DNA of 63,067 nucleotides, counting the filler. It is 5 parts of 5 records of this genome, joined end to end, with 100 filler letters (N's around TTAATTAATTAA, not from the genome) between each part and the next. Parts side by side here need not be neighbours in the genome. Positions count along the whole stretch, not along the records: positions 35,548 to 45,393 come from SRR31156797_11970; positions 45,494 to 55,770 come from SRR31156797_11978; 3 more parts are not named here. One strand, written 5' to 3'. The translations under genes and the position numbers were made by a program. The first letter of the stretch is position 1. Each line of letters opens with the position of its first letter. Shown here one piece after another: positions 44,330 through 54,312 of the stretch. The notes below the pieces were generated by a model. That model was not told the DNA's origin. It saw only the letters and a list, made by a program, of their open reading frames with translations, and did no database searches.

Positions 44330-45393
44330 CTAGCTAACCGTGACGACCAGACCCTCGTTGCTGATCCCGTAATCGAAGAAGCGTGCCCGTTCGTTGGGCG
44401 GCTCCGCTTCGAGCATCTGGCGCACGGCAATCGCATCGGCAGGCGATCTGCAGATCATCAGGAGAAAGCCACCGCCCCCGGCGCCGAGGAGCTTGGCTCC
44501 GTAGAGATGTGGCCCGATGCGCGCCAGCAGAGCTTCGATCTCCTCGTTGCTGCTATTCGGGTCCAGTTGCTTGTTGAGCCGCCAGGCGGTATCGATGAGA
44601 CCGCCCAGCCTGGCGATATCCTTGCGGATGAAGCTGTCCATGACGTCCCGCGCGACCCGGCCGATCTGCGCCAACGTTGCCATTGTTGCCCGGTCCCGGC
44701 TCAGGTAGCGCCCCACTACCTGTTGGAGAATGTTCTTCGCCAAGCGTGTGATCCCGGTGTAGTATAGCAGGGTGTGACCACCATTTAATTGCGGGTCTAT
44801 AATATCTTGTGGCACGTAGTGAATGTGTGCGTCGGGGACCATCCCGGCCTCCGCGACGATCATCTTGACACCGTCGACGACGCCCCCGATCTGATCCTGC
44901 CATCCCCCGCCCGTTGTCAGGGCCTGCTCGAGTCGGAGCACCTGGTGAAAGAGTTCGCGCTGCGACAAGTCACGACCTTCGACGCGGGCCAGTGCGGCGA
45001 CGATCACTGCCCCCATGATACTGGAGGTGCCCAGGCCACTGCCCTTGGGGATGGCGGCGAGCGTGGTCAACTCGATTCCCCCGCCGAAAGCTTCCAGGAC
45101 CTTCTTCAGCGTTCCTCGGCGGCGCGTCCCATTGCTTTGGGGAGACAGACCGGCCAGGACCAAGGCGGCCTTGGCCAGGGCGAAACTGCTTGTCGCCTGG
45201 CGGTAGTCCAGGAGGTCGTCGAACTTGCGGATCTCGATGCGGACGCCCAGATCGATCGAGCCGATCCGGATCACGGGTTCGTCGATCACCCGCACGTAAG
45301 CCTGGATCGGCGGCTGGCCGTTCAGATCCACCGCGGCGTTCATGACGCAACCGCCCCACTCCAACGAATACGGTGGCGTGTCTGTCCAGCCTC
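44330..45393 (-). CDS. L-fucokinase-type GHMP kinase domain (5' truncated; Fkp-like)
   Basis: GWTDTPP, IPKGSGLGTSS, TTGGGWQDQIGG, KLLGAGGGGF. Confidence 0.9.
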
Positions 45394-45493
45394 NNNNNNN
45401 NNNNNNNNNNNNNNNNNNNNNNNNNNNNNNNNNNNNNTTAATTAATTAANNNNNNNNNNNNNNNNNNNNNNNNNNNNNNNNNNNNNNNNNNNN
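45394..45493. other. Artificial contig spacer
   Basis: N run + TTAATTAATTAA. Confidence 0.98.
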
Positions 45494-45494
45494 A

Positions 45495-45674
45495 GATATT
45501 CTGGGAATCGATGCCAAACTGGTTTTAGTCACAGAAATGATGCGATTTGACGATTTTTCCGATGACGAGATCATCCGAATCGTCGAAAAAGATTATCGCT
45601 TTTATCTGAAAGAATTGTGCGGTTACAATCTAGGAATGGAAACGAAGCATTCTCTGGTTTTCAACGTGAGATAA
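45495..45674 (+). CDS. 3' end of a hypothetical protein
   Basis: Open frame from contig edge: DILGIDAKLVLVTEMMRFDDFSDDEIIRIVEKDY...FNVR*. Confidence 0.6.
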   Translation, partial: DILGIDAKLVLVTEMMRFDDFSDDEIIRIVEKDYRFYLKELCGYNLGMETKHSLVFNVR

Positions 45675-45803
45675 ATCAAGGAGGGGAATAGCCGGAATCA
45701 CTTCTAGCAAAACGATTTGGTAAGAAGTGATGAGTATTTTTAATGTTTCTGCAATTAGTAAAGGTGAGCGATTGAAATAGAAGGTTTGTATCGAAAAAAA
45801 GGG

Positions 45804-45858
45804 TGAATAGACAAAAAGCATTCAGGAATTGGTTTCTTGAATGCTTTTTGTCTATTCA
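45804..45858. repeat. Perfect 21-bp inverted repeat between convergent genes
   Basis: TGAATAGACAAAAAGCATTCA ... TGAATGCTTTTTGTCTATTCA. Confidence 0.8.
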
Positions 45859-46047
45859 TCTATCTGAAAAAGGTCTTTGCTTTGGTTTCTACTCCCTCTC
45901 ATGTAAAATCACCGTTAAAACGATGCCGAATCAGTAAAAATTCTGCAAATAAAATTATTTGTGTTATATTTGAAGGGCATCTGTTCATTTTTTTAATATT
46001 CGTTTATTTTTAATCGCGTATAGTGAGAAAAATAAACGACGCGATGG

Positions 46048-46791
46048 CTATTTTTTTCGCTTTAATTGATTAGCTGGGGAAGGTTTGTCCAAATAAAACC
46101 CTTGTTGAAGAAAAATCTCTTCTTCAAGCAAGTACTCATGGATATCCGAGGTTTCGACCCCTTCGACAATAAATTGGATTTTACGATTGCTGGCGATATT
46201 TCGCCAGAAGTCGATCAAAAAGAAAATCTCCTTTTGGGACAGCACTCGCAACGAGATAGGCGAAAATTTGATCACATCGATTTTATCCAGCATCGGTGCA
46301 ATATTTGTCAGTGAATGAATGCCTGTCCCTACATCATCCAATGCGACAGAAAAGCGCATCTTTTTTATTTGGTTGATTTTGTTCATAAGAAAAGACTTGG
46401 GATCACAGGCGATAGAAGGTTCCGTATCGTCTTCGGTGATCTCAATCAAAATACGATCATGGTAGGGTGCTAAGTCAGCTAACATCAGAAAGGTTTCTGG
46501 GTAGCTGAGTTGTTGCGGGTGGATATTAAGACTGATTTTTGTTTCTTCATTCGGGTGAAGTAAGCTGAAAATTTCATTTCGGTACCATTGCAGTAAGCGA
46601 GTGTGTAGCTTTTTGTATTTGATCACTTGCTGGAAGAAGGAAAGGGGAAACCTATTTCTTTCGGTACTTCTCAATAATAATTCGTAGCCAATCACTTTCT
46701 GACTATCTGCTTTCATTTGAAAGATAGGCTGGGCATCAAAATATAATTGAGGAAATATCGATAAGAGTTCTTGTTCTATTTTCTCAGACAT
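46048..46791 (-). CDS. Stand-alone EAL domain protein (c-di-GMP phosphodiesterase-like)
   Basis: QPI, GYELLLR, IEITE, ALDDVGTG, IK, VEGVE, QGFY. Confidence 0.9.
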   Translation of the reverse strand: MSEKIEQELLSIFPQLYFDAQPIFQMKADSQKVIGYELLLRSTERNRFPLSFFQQVIKYKKLHTRLLQWYRNEIFSLLHPNEETKISLNIHPQQLSYPETFLMLADLAPYHDRILIEITEDDTEPSIACDPKSFLMNKINQIKKMRFSVALDDVGTGIHSLTNIAPMLDKIDVIKFSPISLRVLSQKEIFFLIDFWRNIASNRKIQFIVEGVETSDIHEYLLEEEIFLQQGFYLDKPSPANQLKRKK

Positions 46792-46948
46792 TGGTTTCTG
46801 CTCCTTTCTGGGGTAGTTTTATTTTTGGTTTCATGAAGTGCAGGAAAGGAAGATCGAGTTCTTTACCTGCATTGTTAAAGAATCGAGCCTTTCAAAATCA
46901 TGGGCGAAGGATTTTAAAGAAAAATCTATGAAAGAAAGAAGGAATAGT

Positions 46949-48052
46949 GTGTTTGTCCATCTGATTTATGCTGCGATCTATTCTGTTTTAGTTGTAAGCT
47001 TGCTCATTTCGTATGATCTGTTTATCAAGAACTTCAAAGAATTGAATTTACGCTTGTCATTTAAAATTCTTATCGGTGTCGTTCTGTTCATTTCGCAAGT
47101 CTACTTTATTATATCATTTTCTTTGAACAGTATCGGTTATGTTGCGTATGAATATACGATTCCAATCTTTATTTATTATTTTGGTATCCTCAAAGAAAAA
47201 ATATATCTGATTGGGCTGGTCCCCGTCATCTTGCTAACTTTTTTTGCATTGATCAATAAATTCGAATGGGGAGCCATGCTCTTTATTATCGGATTAAATT
47301 ACATCATTTTAATCATTACTTGCTTATTAAAGAAAAGATTTTACGGACAGACAAATCATACTGTCTTTTATCTATTTTCGATTGTGGTTACGGTTGTCTC
47401 GCCGATGGTCAATGCATTGCTTTTTCATCGCCGTGAAGTTGGTCTTTGGGATGCTGTCACTTTAGGGATTGGATCAGTGGCAATCGTTTCTTTATGGAAG
47501 TATTATCTGCAGAATCAAAAAAACTTTCTCGAAAAAATCAATACGAAGATCATTGAGCGCAATTATGATGAGTTGACGAAGGTAAAAAATTTCCGTAGTT
47601 TGAACGAAGATATTTCAAAATTGGTGATAAACGAGAAGGATCAGCTGGTCGTGGTGATGATGGATTTAGATCATTTTAAGCAGATCAATGATCACCATGG
47701 ACATCAAATCGGCAATCAAGCCTTAACCTTCTTTTCGGATAAACTGACGACATTTCTCTATCAAAAAAGTCCTTCCCATTTAATCGAAGTCTATCGGTAT
47801 GGTGGCGAAGAATTTTTAGTCCTATTTAAAGAGAATACTTCCGTGTCAGTGAAAAAAATTATTGAAGAATTTCATTTGTTCTTAAGTAATGAACAGTTGA
47901 AACTAGAGGGAACACAACTGACCCTTTACTTTTCAGCAGGGATTTCAGAAGCAGGTCCTACGTTAGACATTTCAGAAATCTTTTATCAAGCGGATCAAGC
48001 ATTGTACGAAGCCAAAAGGAAGGGCAGAAACCGCACGATTATATTTTCTTGA
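46949..48052 (+). CDS. Membrane-anchored GGDEF diguanylate cyclase
   Basis: N-terminal TM helices; DLDHFKQIND.HGH..G; YRYGGEEF; ADQALYEAK; GTG start after AAGGA (alternative ATG 46928). Confidence 0.9.
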   Translation: MFVHLIYAAIYSVLVVSLLISYDLFIKNFKELNLRLSFKILIGVVLFISQVYFIISFSLNSIGYVAYEYTIPIFIYYFGILKEKIYLIGLVPVILLTFFALINKFEWGAMLFIIGLNYIILIITCLLKKRFYGQTNHTVFYLFSIVVTVVSPMVNALLFHRREVGLWDAVTLGIGSVAIVSLWKYYLQNQKNFLEKINTKIIERNYDELTKVKNFRSLNEDISKLVINEKDQLVVVMMDLDHFKQINDHHGHQIGNQALTFFSDKLTTFLYQKSPSHLIEVYRYGGEEFLVLFKENTSVSVKKIIEEFHLFLSNEQLKLEGTQLTLYFSAGISEAGPTLDISEIFYQADQALYEAKRKGRNRTIIFS

Positions 48053-48511
48053 GACGCTTGCTTTTCTAAAGAAGGTTCCGCAGTCTTTTCTCAAGTAGAT
48101 TGGGTGTTGTAGGAAACCAAAAGGAAAGACAAGGCCGTATGATTTTTTTAGACGAATGCTTTTCAGAAGAAGTTTTAATAAAGAGACAATGTTCGCAGGC
48201 TTCTTTGTCCAGCGTCGTAGCTTTTTCAAAAGGAAGAGGGGAAGCAATCTGGTAAGTATAATGGTTTACTAAACGGTTTCCGATTATCTTGAGAGGTTAA
48301 GCGAGGATAGAAAGGCAAGGAGAGTGCTTTTTAAGAAGTGGGAAGAAACCACTTCTTTTTTTGCACCAAGCATTGGGTAGCCGCACTTGGCAGCATCGAA
48401 TTGGTTTTCTGCGTGTTTACACCCTTAGAAAGCAATGGTATATTTATTTGATAAGTAAATAAAATTATTTTTTTCCTGTGTGTAACGAAGACTGACTAAG
48501 GAGACTTCCCT

Positions 48512-48829
48512 ATGAAACCAATTCGGCGATCACTGTACCAAAGTGCTTTATACGTAGCTATTCCTTTGATCGTGAGTCTACTGATTGGCTACTTAGCCAA
48601 ATGCTCACTCCTGATTCCTGCATCCATTATTTATGACGTTCTCTTGGTGTTTATGATCCCTTCCGACAGCTTTTTATCAAGCAGCGTGGACTACCAAACG
48701 AAAAGCATGAATCCAAGTTTTCGTCCTCCGCCATTAAAGAGAAGGATCGAAGGTGCGCCAGAAACGATCAATTTCCTCTTCGTTTTAACGGCACTGGTTT
48801 TGTGTTTGCTGCTCTTGTTGGTTGGGTAA
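48512..48829 (+). CDS. Hypothetical membrane protein
   Basis: AAGGAG RBS; 3 hydrophobic segments. Confidence 0.7.
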   Translation: MKPIRRSLYQSALYVAIPLIVSLLIGYLAKCSLLIPASIIYDVLLVFMIPSDSFLSSSVDYQTKSMNPSFRPPPLKRRIEGAPETINFLFVLTALVLCLLLLLVG

Positions 48830-48887
48830 AGGGAATTCATAGAAATTAAGTACTAAGAAGAATGTCGAAAAGAAAAGGAGAACAGCG

Positions 48888-49430
48888 ATGAAATTACTCA
48901 AACAAATTAATTTAATGGATGATAAAAAAACAATAAAGAGATTGAATCTCGCGGCGATCCCTAGTTTTATTTTTTTCTATGTGTTCTTTACACTCTTTGT
49001 CTTAGGTGGTCATGGGTCAAATGCTGAAACTTCGTTTATTTTCGATCTTTTGCTCTTAATGGTTGCGTATTTTATTCTCATCATTGTTCATGAATTGATT
49101 CATGGTGCCTTCTTCAAGCTTTTTGACCCTAAAGGGAAGGTAAAGTTTGGGTTCAAAAATGGGGTAGCATATGCCACGAGTCCCCATTCCTTTTATTCAA
49201 AAGGGAAATTTGCCATCATTTTATTGGCGCCATTCATTGGCATTTCTGTGGGCCTCTTTCTATTATATTTATTTGGCTGGTTGACGGCATCTCTTTTTAC
49301 CTTGATTGCTACCGCACATGCCGCTTCTTGTGTGGGAGACTTTTACTTTCTTTTTCTGATTGTTAAAGCACCAGCGAACAGTTGTGTAGAAGATACTGAA
49401 GTGGGGTTGAATATTTATCAAGGAGAGTAG
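48888..49430 (+). CDS. DUF3267 family putative zincin membrane protein
   Basis: HELIH zinc motif; LLAPF; GD motif. Confidence 0.85.
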   Translation: MKLLKQINLMDDKKTIKRLNLAAIPSFIFFYVFFTLFVLGGHGSNAETSFIFDLLLLMVAYFILIIVHELIHGAFFKLFDPKGKVKFGFKNGVAYATSPHSFYSKGKFAIILLAPFIGISVGLFLLYLFGWLTASLFTLIATAHAASCVGDFYFLFLIVKAPANSCVEDTEVGLNIYQGE

Positions 49431-49489
49431 TTTATTTTTCAATTGATCTTGGCAAAATCAAAGAGCAAGAAAATGTATGCTAGAAAATC

Positions 49490-49536
49490 TCTTACAAAAA
49501 AACAAACACCTCAAAAGTGTTTGTTTTTTTGTAAGA
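49490..49536. terminator. Bidirectional terminator hairpin
   Basis: TCTTACAAAAAAACAAACAC / GTGTTTGTTTTTTTGTAAGA perfect 20-bp stem between convergent genes. Confidence 0.75.
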
Positions 49537-49623
49537 CTGTTTATAAATAACGTATATAGCAAGAAGACTGTTCGGCCGACAAAAAGAAAATTTGTTTTAA
49601 ACGACCGTTTTCTTACTAGCGCT

Positions 49624-50043
49624 TTACCGATACAACGGCAAACTACCAGCGACTTTATTGATACTCTTTTTCTTGCCTTTTAAACAAAGACCAAAATAAG
49701 CCAGTGTTTCTGTGGGAATCGTCTCAAGCGTCTGACGGTATTGCTCGTAAGAATTGGTGGTCTGAGCAACGTCGGAAAAATCAATGATGGTTACTTCTGG
49801 ATCTGCTTGCTGACTGATCGATTCACGAATGGTCTGCAACTGCTCCTTGTTCGTTTTTAAGATAGGAATGGGAAAGTTGACAATGCCAAGGTGTTTTCTG
49901 CCTGTCGAATCGTAAATATCTTCTCCGATTCCTTCGGGAAACAATTTGCCCAAGGTTGCGCCTAAAATTGCAGCAGTATTTGCAACTAAGCCAATCGGTA
50001 ATTGTTCATCGATAATCATGACACATTTTTCTTGGTTATTCAT
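49624..50043 (-). CDS. DUF2000 family protein
   Basis: KCVMIID..LP.GL.ANTAAILG, HLGI, GSLPLYR. Confidence 0.85.
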   Translation of the reverse strand: MNNQEKCVMIIDEQLPIGLVANTAAILGATLGKLFPEGIGEDIYDSTGRKHLGIVNFPIPILKTNKEQLQTIRESISQQADPEVTIIDFSDVAQTTNSYEQYRQTLETIPTETLAYFGLCLKGKKKSINKVAGSLPLYR

Positions 50044-50869
50044 ACGTTCTCACTCCATCTTCTTGGTAAATTGTTTGGTAAGCTTTCGGGGTGACCCCAA
50101 TCAAGCTTTTAAAGATACGGGTAAAATGACTTTGGTCACTAAAACCTGTCAGAAAAGCGACTTCTGCAATTGCTTCTTGTGATTCTAGTCTTTTCTTGGC
50201 AGCACTGATGCGCACCGTACTTAAATATTGAAACGGCGACAGCCCATACGCTTTGGTAAATTGTCGAATCAAGACGTACTGATTCATTCCAAGAACGTCA
50301 CTTAATTCACTCAAGGACAATTTTTCGGCATAATGTTGATCGATATAGGCTTTTGCCGCTGCGGCTTTATTTGAAACCGGATCTGTTTGTTCGTGGGTGA
50401 AATCCGCATACTGAACAAGCAGGTCGTGAAGGAGACAAGTAAAGCGTTCTTGTTTTTCAAACTCATCGCCGCGATCCGACAGCAACAGCTGGTGCACTGC
50501 ATGAAATTCCTCTTTTTCTTTCACTTGGCGAATGACCGGTTCAGGAAAGTGCGGCGTCAATTGAGTGTTAAAAATTTTTTGTACTTGTACCGCCATGTTC
50601 TCCGGGGTTAAGTGGATATTGCGGTAAACCAGCTTTTCCTCTGTGAGTTGCTGGCAGCGGTGGGCAGCCTTTGGCGGAATCAAAATCAAGTCGCCTGCTT
50701 CAACGATATAGCAGGTATTTTGACAGGTGAATTGACGCGTCCCAGCTTCCATCAAGCCAATCACATAATATTCGTGCCAATGGTTGGGAAACTCCTGCTG
50801 GATGCCGTTAAATAATAAAGCCTCTACACCAAGGGTGCTATCTTGAATGATTTTTCGTTCATTTCTCAT
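50036..50869 (-). CDS. AraC family transcriptional regulator
   Basis: FPNHWHEYY cupin; GFSDQSHFTR.FK..IGVTP HTH. Confidence 0.93.
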   Translation of the reverse strand: MRNERKIIQDSTLGVEALLFNGIQQEFPNHWHEYYVIGLMEAGTRQFTCQNTCYIVEAGDLILIPPKAAHRCQQLTEEKLVYRNIHLTPENMAVQVQKIFNTQLTPHFPEPVIRQVKEKEEFHAVHQLLLSDRGDEFEKQERFTCLLHDLLVQYADFTHEQTDPVSNKAAAAKAYIDQHYAEKLSLSELSDVLGMNQYVLIRQFTKAYGLSPFQYLSTVRISAAKKRLESQEAIAEVAFLTGFSDQSHFTRIFKSLIGVTPKAYQTIYQEDGVRTYE

Positions 50870-51237
50870 CTGCATTCTCCTTTTTGTTACTATAACAAAA
50901 GTGGTTTTTGGTGAATAGAATGATATTGACTTTTGACTATTTTTCTTGATGGAAGGCCCTTGATTGGGACTGAGAAAAGGGACTGGAGAATGTCGGGAAA
51001 GAGCGGATCAGCCTTGAAGAAAGAACAGCAGTATATTTTGACGATTCTATGGAATGAATCAAAGCAAATAGACCATGCACCGTGAAAAAAATAACGATAA
51101 ATCCTTGGTATTTGAAAGTTTTATTGATGGAAGTATGGTACCATTTGACTGCAGTAAAGTTTGTGACGGTAGCTATCTTTGAAAGGTGGTGGTGCTTATG
51201 AATGTAAGTACTAACTCTTCAGAAAGGAGAAGCCTTT

Positions 51238-51342
51238 TTGTCCACAGCGGAAGCAATCGGGCTAATGATCAGTTTTGGTACATTTACCGCCATGCTGATC
51301 TTTGGTATCCTAGCCGCAGTGAAAAATGACAAAAAAAAATAA
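51238..51342 (+). CDS. txpA: TxpA-like / holin-like type I toxin (34 aa)
   Basis: Not in ORF track. GAAAGGAG RBS, TTG start: MSTAEAIGLMISFGTFTAMLIFGILAAVKNDKKK; one TM helix plus basic tail. Confidence 0.85.
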   Translation: MSTAEAIGLMISFGTFTAMLIFGILAAVKNDKKK

Positions 51343-51442
51343 CCGTCGACTTTAACAGGGAAACGGTTATCTTTTAAGTTAAAAAACCTGTCGCCGTCTT
51401 AAATGGCGCTGCAGAGGGGTTGTGGCAACAACTCCTCTTTAC
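51332..51442 (-). ncRNA. ratA: RatA-like antisense antitoxin RNA (ends approximate)
   Basis: Minus-strand promoter TTGAAA (51477-51472), 17 bp, TGnTATACT (51454-51449); hairpins AGAGGGGTTG/CAACTCCTCT and ATAACCG/CGGTTAT overlapping toxin 3' end. Confidence 0.7.
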
Positions 51443-51609
51443 ATAGTTAGTATAGCAAGAAGAGAGTGATTTTTCAACTTTAACAAGGATATTTTCAAAC
51501 AAAATCGATAAGCGACATAGGCAAAACCTTATTCTCAATTGGAATAAGGTGTTCGATGTAGTCATTTTTGAAAAGTGTTCGAACATCTAAAAACGAATGC
51601 AATGTTTAA

Positions 51610-51830
51610 AGAAAAGGGAAGCATTATTATCGAAACTAGCGGCTAATAAGTTCCAGATAAATTCTGGTACATTTATTGCCGTGCTGCTCTTTCATATCCT
51701 AGCCACAGTGAAAAATAACAAAAAAATAACCGTCGACTTTAGCAAGGAAACGGTTATTTTTTTACTAATAAAACCCTGTCGCCTTCTTAAAAGGTGCTAG
51801 AGAGGAGTTGTGGCAACAGGTTTCTTCTAT
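51610..51830 (+). pseudogene. Degenerate tandem copy of the txpA/ratA module
   Basis: GTFIAVLLFHILATVKNNKK resembles toxin; AACCGTCGACTTTA..GGAAACGGTTAT and GTTGTGGCAACA repeated; start lost and stop frameshifted. Confidence 0.7.
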
Positions 51831-51860
51831 ACAGATCACTATCGATCATATTCGTGAATG

Positions 51861-53285
51861 CTAATCTACCAATCGCTCGAGATCGTAGGAAAAACCGTTT
51901 TGCTTACTTAGTTCCTTGTAAAACAAGCCACTTTTCTTTATTGTACGTTTCTGTGTGGCTAAATCTAAAGAAACTAAGCCGTAGCGGTTTTTATATGCAT
52001 TGATCCATGACCAACAATCAATGAATGTCCATAGATGATACCCTTTTATATTACAGCCATCTTGAATTGCTTTCCATAAATAGGCGAGATGATCTTGGAT
52101 AAATTCAATGCGATAGTCATCAATCACCTGACCATTTTCATCCATGAACCGTTCTTCATTAGCAACACCCATACCGTTTTCTGAGATAAAGGATTCAATA
52201 TTTCCATAGTTATTTTTGATGTCCATACATAAATCATAAATTCCTTTTTCATAGATTTCCCATCCACGATATTCATTCATTCGACGACCAGGCATAATAT
52301 GCGGTTCAAAGAACCATTCTGGTAAGAATGGACTTTCTAAATTAACGGCAGAAGTTCTTGCTTTGACACGGCGTGGTTCATAGTAGTTTAGACCAAGTAT
52401 CTGCGCGGTATTCTCTTCAATAATTTTTAGGTCTGTGTCATTGAAATCAACGGGTAATTGGTCATATTCCTCCAGCAAAGAGACTAGTTTTTCTGGAAAT
52501 ACTCCTTTGACCATGGGATCTAAGAAACTACGAGTATAAAAAAGATCCGCAATTTCTGCTGCTTTTTTATCTGCTGAATTTTGGCTTCTTGGGAAAGTCG
52601 GACTCAAATTGAGAATTACTCCGATTTTGCTAGATAGCTGGTATTTTTTAAAAGTTTGAATGGCTTTTGCATGGGCTAATATGGTAAAGAATGCTGCTTG
52701 AGCACCACGTTTAAAATCAATGAGATTTGGATAGTGAAAATCTTCTAAATAAGAGCCCAAGATTGGCCCCAAAGGTTCGTTAAAGGTGAACCAATGATAA
52801 ACTAAGTCGCCAAACGCTAGAAAACAGGTATCAGCAAAATTTACATAAGCTTCAACAACTTCACGTGATTCCCATCCCCCTTTATCTTGTAATTTTGCTG
52901 GCATGTCAAAATGATAGAGATTCGCAAAAACTTTGATATTATTATTTTTCATTTCGGTAAAAAGATCTCGATAATAGGCTATCGCTTTCTCGTTCGCTTT
53001 ACCAACCCCATCATTTGGAAACATTCGTGCCCATGAGATAGACACCCGAAATGAATTGTGCCCGGTTTGTTTCATCAATTGAATATCTTCGTGGTAACGA
53101 TGGATATGGTCTGTCGTAATACTAGGTCCAATTCGTTTATAAAAACGATGAGGTTCTTCGTGAAACCACCGATCCCATACGGTCTCTGCTTTTCCTGTTT
53201 CTCCACGCCCTTCAGATTGTTCTGCTGACCAAGCGGATCCCCACCAAAAGTCAGCTGGAAATGTTAACTGAGTATGTATTGACAT
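51861..53285 (-). CDS. GH1 6-phospho-beta-glucosidase
   Basis: FPADFWWG, TFNEP, ISENG, DCWSWINAYKNRYG. Confidence 0.94.
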   Translation of the reverse strand: MSIHTQLTFPADFWWGSAWSAEQSEGRGETGKAETVWDRWFHEEPHRFYKRIGPSITTDHIHRYHEDIQLMKQTGHNSFRVSISWARMFPNDGVGKANEKAIAYYRDLFTEMKNNNIKVFANLYHFDMPAKLQDKGGWESREVVEAYVNFADTCFLAFGDLVYHWFTFNEPLGPILGSYLEDFHYPNLIDFKRGAQAAFFTILAHAKAIQTFKKYQLSSKIGVILNLSPTFPRSQNSADKKAAEIADLFYTRSFLDPMVKGVFPEKLVSLLEEYDQLPVDFNDTDLKIIEENTAQILGLNYYEPRRVKARTSAVNLESPFLPEWFFEPHIMPGRRMNEYRGWEIYEKGIYDLCMDIKNNYGNIESFISENGMGVANEERFMDENGQVIDDYRIEFIQDHLAYLWKAIQDGCNIKGYHLWTFIDCWSWINAYKNRYGLVSLDLATQKRTIKKSGLFYKELSKQNGFSYDLERLVD

Positions 53286-53452
53286 TATCGTTTCCTCCTG
53301 TTCGTTTTTAACAGTGTAACATTGCTTTTGATATAAATAAATACTTTTTATTAAAAATATATATCTTTTTATGGTGGGTATGGTTTTAGCTGTAAAAAGA
53401 CAATTTTTATGTTAAAGTATAAGTAATAGAGATGAGTATGAGGGAGTAAGTT

Positions 53453-54166
53453 ATGAAGAAACAGCCAAAATATATGGAGGTTTATACGGAGGTAAAGAAA
53501 AAAATTGCCAATGGAACCTATCAAATCGGTGAAAAATTACCTACGGGCGATGAACTTGCGCATGAGTATCAAACAAGTAAGCTCACTGTGAAGAAAGGTA
53601 TTGATATGCTAGTATCAGAGGGAGTTTTACGAACACGTAGTGGATTTGGAACGGAAGTTCTACGCAGACCAATTGATAATTCGAAAGTGTTTGGACCAAA
53701 TGAAGGTCTTTTTGATTTAGTAGGGGAAGAACATGTGACTTCTGAAATCCATACGTTCTCAATTGAATTGCCATCGAATGAAGTTGCAGAAATTTTAGAA
53801 ATAAATCAAAAAGAGTATGTCTATAATATTATTAGAAGTCGTTTTATTGATGAACAGCCTTATTCTATTGAGCAAACGTTTATGCCACTTTCTGTTATAC
53901 CGGGGTTAGAACCAAAGCATTTGAAACGTTCTGTATATGGCTACATTACAAATGAGCTTGGTCTAGAGATTAAATCTTCCCATATTTGGATCAAAGGGGA
54001 TGTGGCAAATGATTTCGATGCGGAAATTCTTTCTGTAAAACCAGGCGAGTTTATGATAGAGGTAGACAAAGTGGTGTCATTGTCTTCTGGTATACCGTTT
54101 GAATATTCTCTTTCGAGACATTTATACAAAGATTTTATTTTTGAAGCAGTTTTTGTTGAGAAGTGA
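53453..54166 (+). CDS. GntR/HutC (UTRA) family regulator
   Basis: N-terminal GntR wHTH plus C-terminal UTRA domain. Confidence 0.92.
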   Translation: MKKQPKYMEVYTEVKKKIANGTYQIGEKLPTGDELAHEYQTSKLTVKKGIDMLVSEGVLRTRSGFGTEVLRRPIDNSKVFGPNEGLFDLVGEEHVTSEIHTFSIELPSNEVAEILEINQKEYVYNIIRSRFIDEQPYSIEQTFMPLSVIPGLEPKHLKRSVYGYITNELGLEIKSSHIWIKGDVANDFDAEILSVKPGEFMIEVDKVVSLSSGIPFEYSLSRHLYKDFIFEAVFVEK

Positions 54167-54196
54167 AGACTAACGAATTTCGTTGGTCTTTTTTTT
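54167..54196 (+). terminator. Rho-independent terminator
   Basis: AGACTAACGAA-T-TTCGTTGGTCT followed by a T run. Confidence 0.75.
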
Positions 54197-54234
54197 GACT
54201 TTCAAAAAAAGATATATAATTTTGAATAAAGATA

Positions 54235-54286
54235 TTTACTTTTTAGGGGAGCTGGTGTATGATCATCCCATAAGCAATCGCTTACA
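54235..54286 (+). promoter_or_regulatory. sigma-A promoter with downstream CcpA cre site
   Basis: TTTACT-17bp-TATGAT; AGCAATCGCTTACA (reverse complement TGTAAGCGATTGCT) fits the cre consensus. Confidence 0.6.
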
Positions 54287-54312
54287 ACTAAAAAAGGAGA
54301 CTGATTGGAATT

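Noticed and set aside
35548-45393. Dozens of overlapping alternative-frame and antisense ORFs
   Set aside because: Expected in high-GC DNA; Arg/Pro/Gly-rich without motifs and overlapping well-supported genes.
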